Shown one piece after another: positions 37,701-46,118 of a DNA stretch of 64,000 bases. Source of the DNA: a virus. The position numbers were made by a program, and so were the translations under genes. The notes below the pieces were generated by a model. The model was not told where the DNA came from, did no database searches, and saw only the letters and a program-made list of their open reading frames with translations. The stretch spans positions 1 to 64,000 of the IMG/VR virus record IMGVR_UViG_3300029286_000018; one strand, given 5' to 3'. The stretch's first letter is position 1. Each line of letters starts with the position of its first letter.

Positions 37701-40541
37701 CAGCTTGCTGGTGGACAGATGCCAGCTAATTTAAATCCTGCTGGCATGGGAATGGGCATGCAGCTTCCAGGTGGAGCAGCTCCCGCTGGTGGTCCAGGCA
37801 TTGAAGCTCTCACTGGTGAACTACCAATGGATGCTGGCGGTGCTGGTGCTGATCCTCTTGCTGGAGGAGATATGGGCATGGAAGACGCTGAATCTAAGCC
37901 AAAGCCACCAGGTGCAGTTTGCATTGTTTGCGGAGGAAATGACGTTGATGTCCAGAGTGGCAAATCGAAGTGCAACGGCCCAGGCTGCGGCATGAACTAC
38001 ACCATCAAGATTGTCCCAGATGCATCCTTGCTTGACAAGATTACAGACGGAGATGTTGATCAAGAAGATGTTACAGCTGGTCCAGAATCCCCAGAGAAGG
38101 GCCTTGGCGGCTATGGTCCAATGGGCGCTCTTGACGCTGGCGCTGCAGGAATGCCAGCTCCAGCAGGAATGCCAGCAGGCGGAATGGCAGTTGCTGCATC
38201 TGCCAAGATCAGTGCTGATACCATGAAGAAGTTTGCATCTCGCCATGCTTTTGGATCAATCAGTCCAATCACTGGCGCAAGTAACACTATTCGTCTTGAC
38301 CAGGAACACTGGCAGTGCCTAGATAGTGGTCAGATCTACCGTGTTCGTTTGGCTGCAAAGCAAAATGATTCAAAGCACGTTTATGCTCAATGGGAATGGG
38401 TTCCATTAGTAAAGAAGGCTTCTTGCGCTCCATGTCAGCGTCGTAAGAACGCGATTGTCAGCGCTCTTTCTTCAGTTGGAATTTCTGAGAGCAAGTTTGA
38501 CGGTATGTCTATGACTGACAAGGCAAATGCTTTGAATTCAATTAATGAGCGTGGATTGCTCGGCACAGTCAAGGAGGCTTCCTCCGATGGTGTGCGCAGC
38601 TTCTTTAAGCAGGCATTCACTGTTCACGGTGAATTCCCAATGGAAATGTGCATACACAAGCTTGCCAATCGCTATGGAGATAACGCTCTTGCTTTGAGCG
38701 GTCCATGCGAAGGTAAGAATCTTGCTGAGTGCGTATGCAGTTCTTTGTCCGATGAGAAGGTTTACACTACCGACTTGGCTCGCAAAGTAGCTTCTGCATG
38801 GTCTGAGCGTGATGGAATGTATGAATGCGTCGAAGACTTCGTGCGCGATGGCCTTTCATTGAATAAGTCTGCTCAGGCATGTGAAGATCTGAAGACCAAA
38901 TACATCAGTGCAGAGGAAATGTTTGCAGAAACTATTTCTAATGATGCAGTTGTTAAGGCTGCTCAGCTTGAAAATGAGGAGCCTATCGAAGAAGAAGATC
39001 CATTTGACTCATCAGATGAAATGTCTGATTCTTCTGAGGACGCTGATGTCGATTTTGAAGACATGTCAGACGATTCTGAAGGTATGGAAGATGACGATTC
39101 TGAAATGGACGGCGACGATGATTCGGGTATGCCATCTGGATACCACGATGAATCTGAAGGTGGAGATGAAGACGAAAGCGAAGGCGATGAAGATTTTGAA
39201 GTTGAGATCAGCCTAGACAGTGGTTCTGCTGATGAAATTGAACACGGTCTTTCTCAGGTCCCTGAAGAAGAGGGTGGAGAAGAGATGGATTTGGATATGG
39301 AGATGTCAGAAGAAGAGATGGACGGCGAGTCCGATCATTCAGACGAGTCTGGTCATTCAGGTCATTCAGCTCATGAGGAGGGCAGCATGGAAGAATCAGG
39401 TATGGTTAGCGAGGCAGACCTTTATAAGGAGTCTCCAAAGCAGGCAAATGAACTTGAAAAGTTTGAAAAAGAAGCTCATTCATTGCGTCGTGGTCGCATA
39501 GTCGGCGTCAACAAGCTAAACATTGATGTTGACAGCATCCGTGCAGCCCTCAATAAGAAGGCTGGCAAGGTTGAGCAGACCAGTGCCCAAGATACCGTGA
39601 AGGGTATTGCTAACGGCAAGCCTCACTCAGAGAGCACTCAGGAAGGTTTCGATGCAGAGACTCCAGACGTTCCGACACAGAACGGAAAAGTCCTGAGTAA
39701 TGAGCATGGCGATGGATTTGATGCTGATATGCCAGAGATCCCATCCGGTAAGGGTAAGTTCCCAAATGAGACCAATGAAGGCGAAATGCAGGACACTGTA
39801 AGTGGTGGAACAGCTGGTCAGGGTTCAAACCATACTGGTAAATACCGCAAGGCTTCCAATATGTTTGACCAGGCACTTGCCAAACTCGCCAAGGACATGA
39901 ACCTTGAAATCGGAGCAGCTCAAAATGATCCAGACATCGCACCAATTGCTGATGGTAAGGCTCATCCAGATGCTGCAACTGAGGAAGGCTTCAGCGCAGA
40001 TTCGCCAGACGTTCCAGACAATGGTGGAAAGCCACTGAGCTCTGAGCACGGCGAAGGATTCAAGGTTGATGGTCCATCAATCCCAGCTGGTGACGGCAAG
40101 ATGGGGCATGAATCCAATGAAGGTGAAAAACAAAATGGAATCACTGGTGGTGGGCTCGGTCAGGGCAATCACACCCAGTATAAGTCTAAGAAGGCCAATA
40201 GTGCCAATAAAGAGGTTGCATTAAAGCTTGCAGCAAAAATGGTTGAAGGAGGCTTAATTAAGGCCGACCAGATGCCAGGCAAGATTTCGGAGTTGCAGAG
40301 ATACGAGGTATCTCAGCTCCGTGACCTCGAGAAGGCGATGTTTAATCGCCCGAGTGCTATGAAGGGCCTGAAGATTGCGTCGAGTGGGGTAGAGCAGCCA
40401 CTCGTCATCAGCGAAGCAAGCAGTCACAAAAATGCTTCGGTTGATCTAAAAGGTAAAATTGCTTCTCTGTTCCGCTTGCAACAGCAGGTCGAAGCGGCAG
40501 ATGAGAGCGAGGCTGCTAAGTTACGTAGTGCGTTTAAATGA
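34740..40541 (+). CDS. Prohead maturation protease / scaffold polyprotein (1933 aa)
   Basis: N-terminal NDNGD.F...EL...TF.G.P.FVNH, G.V, SMG, CxxC..CxH, F.E.S.V..PA resemble HK97/herpes-fold prohead proteases; followed by acidic, Gly/Pro, Cys-rich and coiled-coil segments; directly upstream of capsid genes. Confidence 0.8.
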   Translation: MDKFTITTERQIEPLNIPQHWDEINISPITKYASNDKVFEERVKGMDLGGFNIVKEVKEHPEHLFVKVFAIKKDEVNDNGDYFSEKELKKAAKTFIGVPVFVNHQNDDIEKARGKVVHAWWDDERGGIYTINMVDKVAYPRLARGIEAGYVTGSSMGCSVKYSACSVCHTRAANAKEYCSHIKERKKKNFTGEHECLYHKSANSGDEPCPVCGSEKGKKKLNKYASQQIFEHNYDVKFIEDSFVVNPACHDCLVSDIINPSALFKKVADIRETISKLGFVVESDSSFGIECSTGQCGLHKAAGKQELNELNDAMNQLERVARSMMAQKNKVSLEYVSDIIKVTADIQKISDELVEMGYAVLPSPTSEQVAYGTNVQASPVVGPSSAVQTPISAMPKPSSGAQPSAQPSLAMPPQQAAPMMKTVPGTVSPQVQDLGDDIGRVTRPNFVPVRADSAKDFIKISNSIMNRLSEIAGVLNINGEFMSENSGYKYTQGDDTIVISSDVDGEIHVAHLNQDRLLKWASIDSFDNETQSLITHNPQQAARKILSSYMNNNNSEESIISMENNNKIAQSQTNDVHEVTTESQLNSVKGLGRRQGEAPTGTTESKEQLGSGKVYFKDVNSESPTAHRGTYDSIVESTLNSKTGGYMARWGSFPEVITEAQWDDLSREVKANIPSDWTSVAKEGQLDALRSTFSWSEPTATTESQLSGKMKKKASAKDLIKVAQSAVADAMAFYGVGIEDIQKSVQFVNSDSSRKFKSKVMVALNAAPWAVNARKAYNSRLASFSKVASEVYGLEPVDAVLAAIGDSLDNNGAEDVLAAVTFVAGNKLAMQQAEDLAVERFESTVSGNSNEEDMFRQAFSELSLPEDGLIKVCMSAQDDLGMDVSGDKSFIDAVHKFAQNMVSENLGKQVEVVPVAVDVDEENGLVEATCKLASKLTDQEKQAFSKWASSAEEATKQAEVIEEVEETKFENKRASLIKELNQLEKRAQLAGGQMPANLNPAGMGMGMQLPGGAAPAGGPGIEALTGELPMDAGGAGADPLAGGDMGMEDAESKPKPPGAVCIVCGGNDVDVQSGKSKCNGPGCGMNYTIKIVPDASLLDKITDGDVDQEDVTAGPESPEKGLGGYGPMGALDAGAAGMPAPAGMPAGGMAVAASAKISADTMKKFASRHAFGSISPITGASNTIRLDQEHWQCLDSGQIYRVRLAAKQNDSKHVYAQWEWVPLVKKASCAPCQRRKNAIVSALSSVGISESKFDGMSMTDKANALNSINERGLLGTVKEASSDGVRSFFKQAFTVHGEFPMEMCIHKLANRYGDNALALSGPCEGKNLAECVCSSLSDEKVYTTDLARKVASAWSERDGMYECVEDFVRDGLSLNKSAQACEDLKTKYISAEEMFAETISNDAVVKAAQLENEEPIEEEDPFDSSDEMSDSSEDADVDFEDMSDDSEGMEDDDSEMDGDDDSGMPSGYHDESEGGDEDESEGDEDFEVEISLDSGSADEIEHGLSQVPEEEGGEEMDLDMEMSEEEMDGESDHSDESGHSGHSAHEEGSMEESGMVSEADLYKESPKQANELEKFEKEAHSLRRGRIVGVNKLNIDVDSIRAALNKKAGKVEQTSAQDTVKGIANGKPHSESTQEGFDAETPDVPTQNGKVLSNEHGDGFDADMPEIPSGKGKFPNETNEGEMQDTVSGGTAGQGSNHTGKYRKASNMFDQALAKLAKDMNLEIGAAQNDPDIAPIADGKAHPDAATEEGFSADSPDVPDNGGKPLSSEHGEGFKVDGPSIPAGDGKMGHESNEGEKQNGITGGGLGQGNHTQYKSKKANSANKEVALKLAAKMVEGGLIKADQMPGKISELQRYEVSQLRDLEKAMFNRPSAMKGLKIASSGVEQPLVISEASSHKNASVDLKGKIASLFRLQQQVEAADESEAAKLRSAFK

Positions 40542-40575
40542 CTTGCAAATTAATTCTTAAAAGGAGAATATAAAA

Positions 40576-41151
40576 ATGGCTTTAATAGTATCATATCACA
40601 CAATAGCAACCCAGCTTCCAACAACTTCCACAACCATTGTTGAGGGCATGGGCGTTAAGTTCTCTGCTGTATCCGGTGCAGAGTCAAAGGTGGCCCTTGC
40701 TGATGCAACTACCTTCACTTTTGGTATCGCTGGCGATAGTTCAGTTTCAACTGGTCCAAACAAGCCCTACGGTGCTTCAGTTGTAGTGAACGGCGCTGGC
40801 GGAACTCGTGGAACTAGTAACCGTGTTTCTGACTTTTTCAATGAAACAGTTGGCTCAGGTAAGATCACAGTTTATACTGGTATTGGAGAATTTTACACTG
40901 ACCAATATAACACTAGTGGTTCATATACACCAGGCGCTAAGTTGTTTACCAACAGTGTTGGTAAGTTGACCAATACTGATGGTGGCGGTAACTCAATTGG
41001 TTTCACCATGGACGGCCCACGCGCTTATCCAAGCGGTGTTCCTGGCGTTGATGACGGTGGCGTTACTGGCGCAAACACGACTATTAACGGTAGCTTGTCT
41101 TTAGGTAGCTACCTTCGTTTCTACATGAACATTTCTGGTATAGATTTATGA
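40576..41151 (+). CDS. Head decoration / minor capsid protein
   Basis: AAGGAG RBS; position before MCP; G.AGD, SGKITVY...GEF.TDQY, G.KL....GKLT pattern. Confidence 0.65.
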   Translation: MALIVSYHTIATQLPTTSTTIVEGMGVKFSAVSGAESKVALADATTFTFGIAGDSSVSTGPNKPYGASVVVNGAGGTRGTSNRVSDFFNETVGSGKITVYTGIGEFYTDQYNTSGSYTPGAKLFTNSVGKLTNTDGGGNSIGFTMDGPRAYPSGVPGVDDGGVTGANTTINGSLSLGSYLRFYMNISGIDL

Positions 41152-41222
41152 TCGTAACTATATATTGGTATTCTCGTTGAGATCAATATATATAATATAA
41201 AATTTTGAAAGGATTTACAAAC

Positions 41223-42095
41223 ATGTCACTAAATAAAGATGGTTTGACCTATGATGAGAAAGAGGCAGTAATTGCCCAAGCTCTCGCTACAGAAGAGGGC
41301 CGTACTGCTCTCGCACAGGCAATGGTGGAGCCAATCCGCCGTTCTTTGGAGTATCAAGCTGTTGGTCGTAAGTTGCTCATGGTTGACGAGCTCCCACAAG
41401 GTGCTCTTCCTCGCTATGAGCGCGACGTAGCTTCTACCGCCACTGTCATTGCTCGTCAGGGTGCAGTCCCTGACCAGATTCAGCAGGGCGAAGAAGTCCT
41501 TGTTCCAACATTCGAGATTGCTGCTCACCCAACAATCCGTTTGTCTGAAATCAAGGCTCGTCGTTTCTACATTGTTGACCGCGCCCAGATCAAGGCAAAG
41601 GAAGCCATTCAGAAGGAAGAAGATCGCAATATCTTCAACGCTCTGATTGCTGCTGCCGATACCCGTAATGATCAGGTCGTTGGCAACAGTGGTGATCTTA
41701 CTACTGATTCACTTAACGTTGCATACCGTTTGATTGAGACCCACGATCTTGTCGCAAGCAAGGTTGTTGCTCACCCACTTCAGTATGCTCGCTTCCGCGT
41801 TTTCGGCAAGACTTTCTACGATGAGGCTACAACTCGTGAAATCCTCACCACTGGTCTCTATGGTCACCTCTGGACCGCTGACATTCACGTCAGCTCCCAG
41901 CTTGACCCTCAGACCATATTGGTGTGCGCTTCTCCCGACACCGTTGGAGCCTTCCCAATCCGCCAGGACATCACTGTCCTCCCAGCGGACGATCCGAAGA
42001 AGCTTCGCCTCGGTTGGGTAATTTATGAAGAGATCGGCATCGTTGTAATGAACGATTACGCTCTCTCGAAGATTGAAGTTTACCGCACAAGCTAA
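41223..42095 (+). CDS. Major capsid protein (HK97 fold)
   Basis: GR.ALAQAM.EPIR..L.YQ.VGRKLL.VDELPQG...RY..D, P.FEIA..P.I...EI..RRF..VDRAQ, GWV.YE.IG; high-expression codon bias; AAGGA RBS. Confidence 0.88.
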   Translation: MSLNKDGLTYDEKEAVIAQALATEEGRTALAQAMVEPIRRSLEYQAVGRKLLMVDELPQGALPRYERDVASTATVIARQGAVPDQIQQGEEVLVPTFEIAAHPTIRLSEIKARRFYIVDRAQIKAKEAIQKEEDRNIFNALIAAADTRNDQVVGNSGDLTTDSLNVAYRLIETHDLVASKVVAHPLQYARFRVFGKTFYDEATTREILTTGLYGHLWTADIHVSSQLDPQTILVCASPDTVGAFPIRQDITVLPADDPKKLRLGWVIYEEIGIVVMNDYALSKIEVYRTS

Positions 42096-42124
42096 TAGCT
42101 GGGTAAATATAGGTTTTTTGAATT

Positions 42125-42162
42125 GCGACCCGCTCTCCGAAAGGAGGGCGGGTTGTTTTTTT
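42125..42162 (+). terminator. Rho-independent terminator after the major capsid gene
   Basis: GCGACCCGCTCTCC-GAAA-GGAGGGCGGGTTGT stem-loop followed by a T-run. Confidence 0.9.
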
Positions 42163-42216
42163 GTTGTAAATAATTCTCATAGATAATATGACGACATATT
42201 CGTATATGAGGTTTTT

Positions 42217-43866
42217 ATGAGTGAACGCAAGATATTTAACTTTGAATCAAAAATATTAGATAATGAAACTCTTAGTAAATTTGGATATTATCCAGAATCT
42301 ATTGGAAGATCATCTGCAAAGTTTGTAGTTGCTATATGTAGATTTTGTGGATATCAAATGGATATAAGGAAGGGCTTTTATAATAAATCTGGATCGGCTT
42401 GTCATAAAGATTGTAAGCTAAAAGAAATGAGTCTTTCTGGGTCCCCATTTTGTCTTGATAAAACAAGGGAAAAAGCAAAGGTCACAAACTTAAAAAAATG
42501 GGGTAATGAATGTCCTCAAAAAACAGAAGTGATTCGCAATAAGATAAGTGTGTCAAAAAAAGATGCAGAGTATCAAGCAAATTTTAAAGAAACCATGAGA
42601 TCAAGGCACGGTGTTGATAATCCTGCTAAGATGTCCGATCATGCAGAAAAAGTTAAGAATACTTCATTAATTAAGTATCAAAAAGAACATTTTAATTTAA
42701 ATGAATCAGTTCAAGCAAAAAGACAAAACACAAACATTGAAAAGTATGGATGTGCTTTTCCTACGCAGAATGACTCTGTAAAACAAAAGATAAAAGATTC
42801 TTGGAAACAAGTTGTTTCACAAGACGATGAGAAATATTTTATGTTTAATTTTGTTTCTAACTCTAAAGAGCTATGGAACGACATTGAGGCAGGTATGTCT
42901 TTATCTGACATATCTCAGCATTATCAAATTGATCGTATTGCCTTAAATAAAGTTCTTTTAAGTCAGCAATTTAAAAATAAATACCAAAAGATTTATTCGT
43001 ATCCAAAACATCAAAAACAAAAAGAAATATATGATTACTTAAAATCGATTGGTCTATCAGATATTGTTATGGATGATAAAGGTGTAATTGGTTTAGAACT
43101 AGATATTTATTCTCCGTCAAAAAAGATGGCAATAGAATTTAACGGTTCATATTGGCACTCAGAAGCAATCTTAGATCCTGATATTGCTAGAAAAAAACAT
43201 ATCAATAAGACAAAGATGTGTGGAAAAATTGGTGTTAGGCTAATTCATATTTTTGAAAAACAATGGGAAGAAAGAAAGGCTCAATACGAATCCTTTTTGA
43301 CATCAGCGTTTGGATTGAATCTGGTTAATCTACATGGAAGATCTTGTTCTATTGATTTTAGTCCTGAGTACTCATTTATGGAAAATTATCACATACAGGG
43401 CAAGCCTAGAGGCGTTGAATTTTGGGTAAACTTAAAGTATGATGGAGAAACGGTTGGGTCAATGTCTTTATCATCTCATCATAGACAGAATGGATCTGTA
43501 AATGAGGCTGTTTTAAGTAGAATGGCATTTAAGGCAGGGGTTACTATTCGCGGCGGAGCCTCTAGGATGCTTTCCTATGCAATAAAGTTGGCAAAAGCAA
43601 ACGGATTTGATAGTATTATTACTTGGTCAGATGAAATGATTACAAGTGGGAATGTATATCAAAAAATGGGATTTATATCAGATAAAACTTATGGTCCAGA
43701 TTATTTTTATTGGGATTTAAATAATAATCAGTATCGTTCAAAACAGTCTCAGAAAAAATCTGCAACTGGATGCCCTAAGGATAAGACAGAACGAGACTGG
43801 TGTTATGAAAATAATTTATATAGAATGTGGGACTGTGGTAAAAGACGTTGGAGGATAAAGGTTTAA
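42217..43866 (+). CDS. Hef-like free-standing endonuclease (KYG repeats + Vsr/DUF559-like nuclease + Mom-like GNAT domain)
   Basis: Repeats T...K[YW]G...P; ELDIY....AIEFNG.YWHS...H..K...C...G..LIHIFE..W; C-terminal H.QG, LSR, GGAS, SD...G.VY...GF, DCG. Confidence 0.75.
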   Translation: MSERKIFNFESKILDNETLSKFGYYPESIGRSSAKFVVAICRFCGYQMDIRKGFYNKSGSACHKDCKLKEMSLSGSPFCLDKTREKAKVTNLKKWGNECPQKTEVIRNKISVSKKDAEYQANFKETMRSRHGVDNPAKMSDHAEKVKNTSLIKYQKEHFNLNESVQAKRQNTNIEKYGCAFPTQNDSVKQKIKDSWKQVVSQDDEKYFMFNFVSNSKELWNDIEAGMSLSDISQHYQIDRIALNKVLLSQQFKNKYQKIYSYPKHQKQKEIYDYLKSIGLSDIVMDDKGVIGLELDIYSPSKKMAIEFNGSYWHSEAILDPDIARKKHINKTKMCGKIGVRLIHIFEKQWEERKAQYESFLTSAFGLNLVNLHGRSCSIDFSPEYSFMENYHIQGKPRGVEFWVNLKYDGETVGSMSLSSHHRQNGSVNEAVLSRMAFKAGVTIRGGASRMLSYAIKLAKANGFDSIITWSDEMITSGNVYQKMGFISDKTYGPDYFYWDLNNNQYRSKQSQKKSATGCPKDKTERDWCYENNLYRMWDCGKRRWRIKV

Positions 43867-43915
43867 TGTTTGTCAAGGAATGTTTTTCATAAATAAATGA
43901 GTAATATTTTATATC

Positions 43916-45481
43916 ATGAATTGGTATAAGTTCGCTGCAAAGATATCATCATCTATTTCTCCTACTGCAAGTGAAGAAGCAATATTTAAAGTAATTAGAG
44001 CTGGCCGAGACGCATACGCTCCAGGTGTGCAGCTTCGAATTGCTGGTGGTTGGGTACGTGACAGGCTGCTTGGTAGCGTTTCCGATGATATTGATATCGC
44101 GGTAAGCGGTGGAGACGGCAATGCTGTAGCTGAAGCAATTAGGCGCTATGATGTTGAAAACACTGGTGGTAAGCACACTAAAGATCCTTATGCAGTGAGC
44201 TTAGAAAAGACTCAAGCTGGTGATAAGAAAAGCAGCGCAGGTCTTCGAGTGGGTGCTATTGATATAAATGGCGTCAAAATAGAATTTGTACCAATGCGTA
44301 CTGAAGTTTATAGTCAAGGAAGTAGAATTCCAGGGATAACAGCCACTGATGACCCCAAAGAAGACGTGAAGCGTAGAGATTTGACGATTAACGCAATTTA
44401 TTACAATATTGATACAGGCAAGGTTGAGGATTATGCTGGTGGCGTGAGCGACTTGGAAAAAGGTGTTCTTCGAACTCCTGTCAACCCCGTTGAAACACTG
44501 AAGGAAGATCCCTTGCGTGCACTTCGAGCATTGCGTTTTCTTTCTCAAATGCATGGTTTTGAATTGGATGAATCTTTAGTTGAAGCACTAAAGCACCCAG
44601 AGGTTCATAAGGCATATCTTGAAAAAGTTGCCCCTGAGCGAGCCAGAAAAGAAATAGAAAAACTTGCACTTGGAAATAGGCCAGCCGAAGCTATTAGACA
44701 TTTCTTTTCCAGCGGTCTATACTTACCTGTTTTTCATCATGATAAACTTTATGGATTTAAGCCAATACATATGGACCAGAATAATCCAAAGCATCAATAC
44801 AATCTTCTTGAGCACACTGTTCACGTAGTAAAGAATTTGAACGATATGTTATTGGAGTCTGGTGTTTCCAAGAATGAAAGATTGGTTGCTGTGCTTTCTG
44901 CTATATTTCATGATTTTGGCAAAATGGATCCAGATTTAGTTCGTCCAAGCAAGTCAATGCCAGGTGCTTCTTCATATCCTGGTCATGAGAATGTATCTGC
45001 TGAATTAGCTGTTGATATATTAAAGCGTCTTGGTTTTGGATCTGAAAGAGATCTTGTAGCCAAAGTTGTTAAGGAGCATATGCGCCCTCATGGTGAAATG
45101 CATAGTCCAAAATCAATTGGCAAATTTTTACGTGATTTTGATGATCTTCCATCTGGTGACGATACAAAACCTCGTCTTTGGTGGCTAACTTTTATGCATG
45201 CTATTGCAGATTCTATGAGTAAGGGTGGCATGGACTATCATGAAGACGTGAAGGGCAAGCACGATCAAATTAAGACAATTGAGCAGTTCATAGAAGAGCG
45301 TTCCAAGATTGGTTCAAAACCATTGTTAAATGGTAAGGAAATTATGGACATTTTCCCAGACAAAAATCCTAAGACAGGCTTTATAGCAGATATGCAAAAA
45401 GCACTACTTGATGCTCAAGATTCTGGGCAAGTAAAAGATAAAGATGCTGCAAAACGGTTGCTTCAATCTTTATTCTCTTAA
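43916..45481 (+). CDS. cca: tRNA nucleotidyltransferase (CCA-adding enzyme, class II) with HD domain
   Basis: AGGWVRD.LLG..SDDIDI, R.E.Y...SR.P loop, DV.RRDLTINA, EDPLR.LRA.RF, ER...E..K, HT, HDFGK, GHE, LNG..I; poly(A) polymerase G[RK]RF signature not seen. Confidence 0.9.
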   Translation: MNWYKFAAKISSSISPTASEEAIFKVIRAGRDAYAPGVQLRIAGGWVRDRLLGSVSDDIDIAVSGGDGNAVAEAIRRYDVENTGGKHTKDPYAVSLEKTQAGDKKSSAGLRVGAIDINGVKIEFVPMRTEVYSQGSRIPGITATDDPKEDVKRRDLTINAIYYNIDTGKVEDYAGGVSDLEKGVLRTPVNPVETLKEDPLRALRALRFLSQMHGFELDESLVEALKHPEVHKAYLEKVAPERARKEIEKLALGNRPAEAIRHFFSSGLYLPVFHHDKLYGFKPIHMDQNNPKHQYNLLEHTVHVVKNLNDMLLESGVSKNERLVAVLSAIFHDFGKMDPDLVRPSKSMPGASSYPGHENVSAELAVDILKRLGFGSERDLVAKVVKEHMRPHGEMHSPKSIGKFLRDFDDLPSGDDTKPRLWWLTFMHAIADSMSKGGMDYHEDVKGKHDQIKTIEQFIEERSKIGSKPLLNGKEIMDIFPDKNPKTGFIADMQKALLDAQDSGQVKDKDAAKRLLQSLFS

Positions 45482-45513
45482 GCAAATCTAGACTTAGTTG
45501 CATTACAGCTTTA

Positions 45514-46071
45514 TTAAACAACAGTGCTATCTATGAGTGCAACTGGAGAGAATCCATCGTTGCACTCTCCGCACACAAGAAGTTTATTGCCAAACATAAA
45601 TTTCTTAAATGCGATTGGCTGTTGTGTTGTTGTTACTACCGCTAATGATTTATTTGTATCTAATAGCCATGTAAACCCTGAAAAGTCTGTAAAGCTTGAT
45701 TGGGGTACCGTTGAAGTTTGATTAAGCTTTTGCAGGCTTAGTATGTAGTCATTTCTTTCGTTTCCTGCCACTAAGACGGAGCATCCATTAAGAGTAGTTT
45801 TCTCATTATTTGACGTAGAAAATGTTCCGTGTAACCCAGAAATTGTTGTTACGTCAATTATTCTTATTGCAGAACGTCCATTGGACATTCTGTGCGCCAC
45901 CATTGGTATTCCTCCAATATAATATCTATCCATGTCATATACATGTGATGTAAATTCTGTACATGTTAGCTTTTTGTAGTTCTTGGTTGTACTATCCAAA
46001 GTAAATACCTTAGAAGAGCCCAGCATCATGAATTTTTCTTCATAACTGGATGTGTCGTATGTGTAAGCCAT
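45514..46071 (-). CDS. Hypothetical protein (only convincing minus-strand gene)
   Basis: Fills the gap between cca and the GT gene; likely start MAYTYD. Confidence 0.6.
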   Translation of the reverse strand: MAYTYDTSSYEEKFMMLGSSKVFTLDSTTKNYKKLTCTEFTSHVYDMDRYYIGGIPMVAHRMSNGRSAIRIIDVTTISGLHGTFSTSNNEKTTLNGCSVLVAGNERNDYILSLQKLNQTSTVPQSSFTDFSGFTWLLDTNKSLAVVTTTQQPIAFKKFMFGNKLLVCGECNDGFSPVALIDSTVV

Positions 46072-46118
46072 ATAATTTATTAAGATAAAACAAACCATTA
46101 ACCTCTCGATAAATACTT

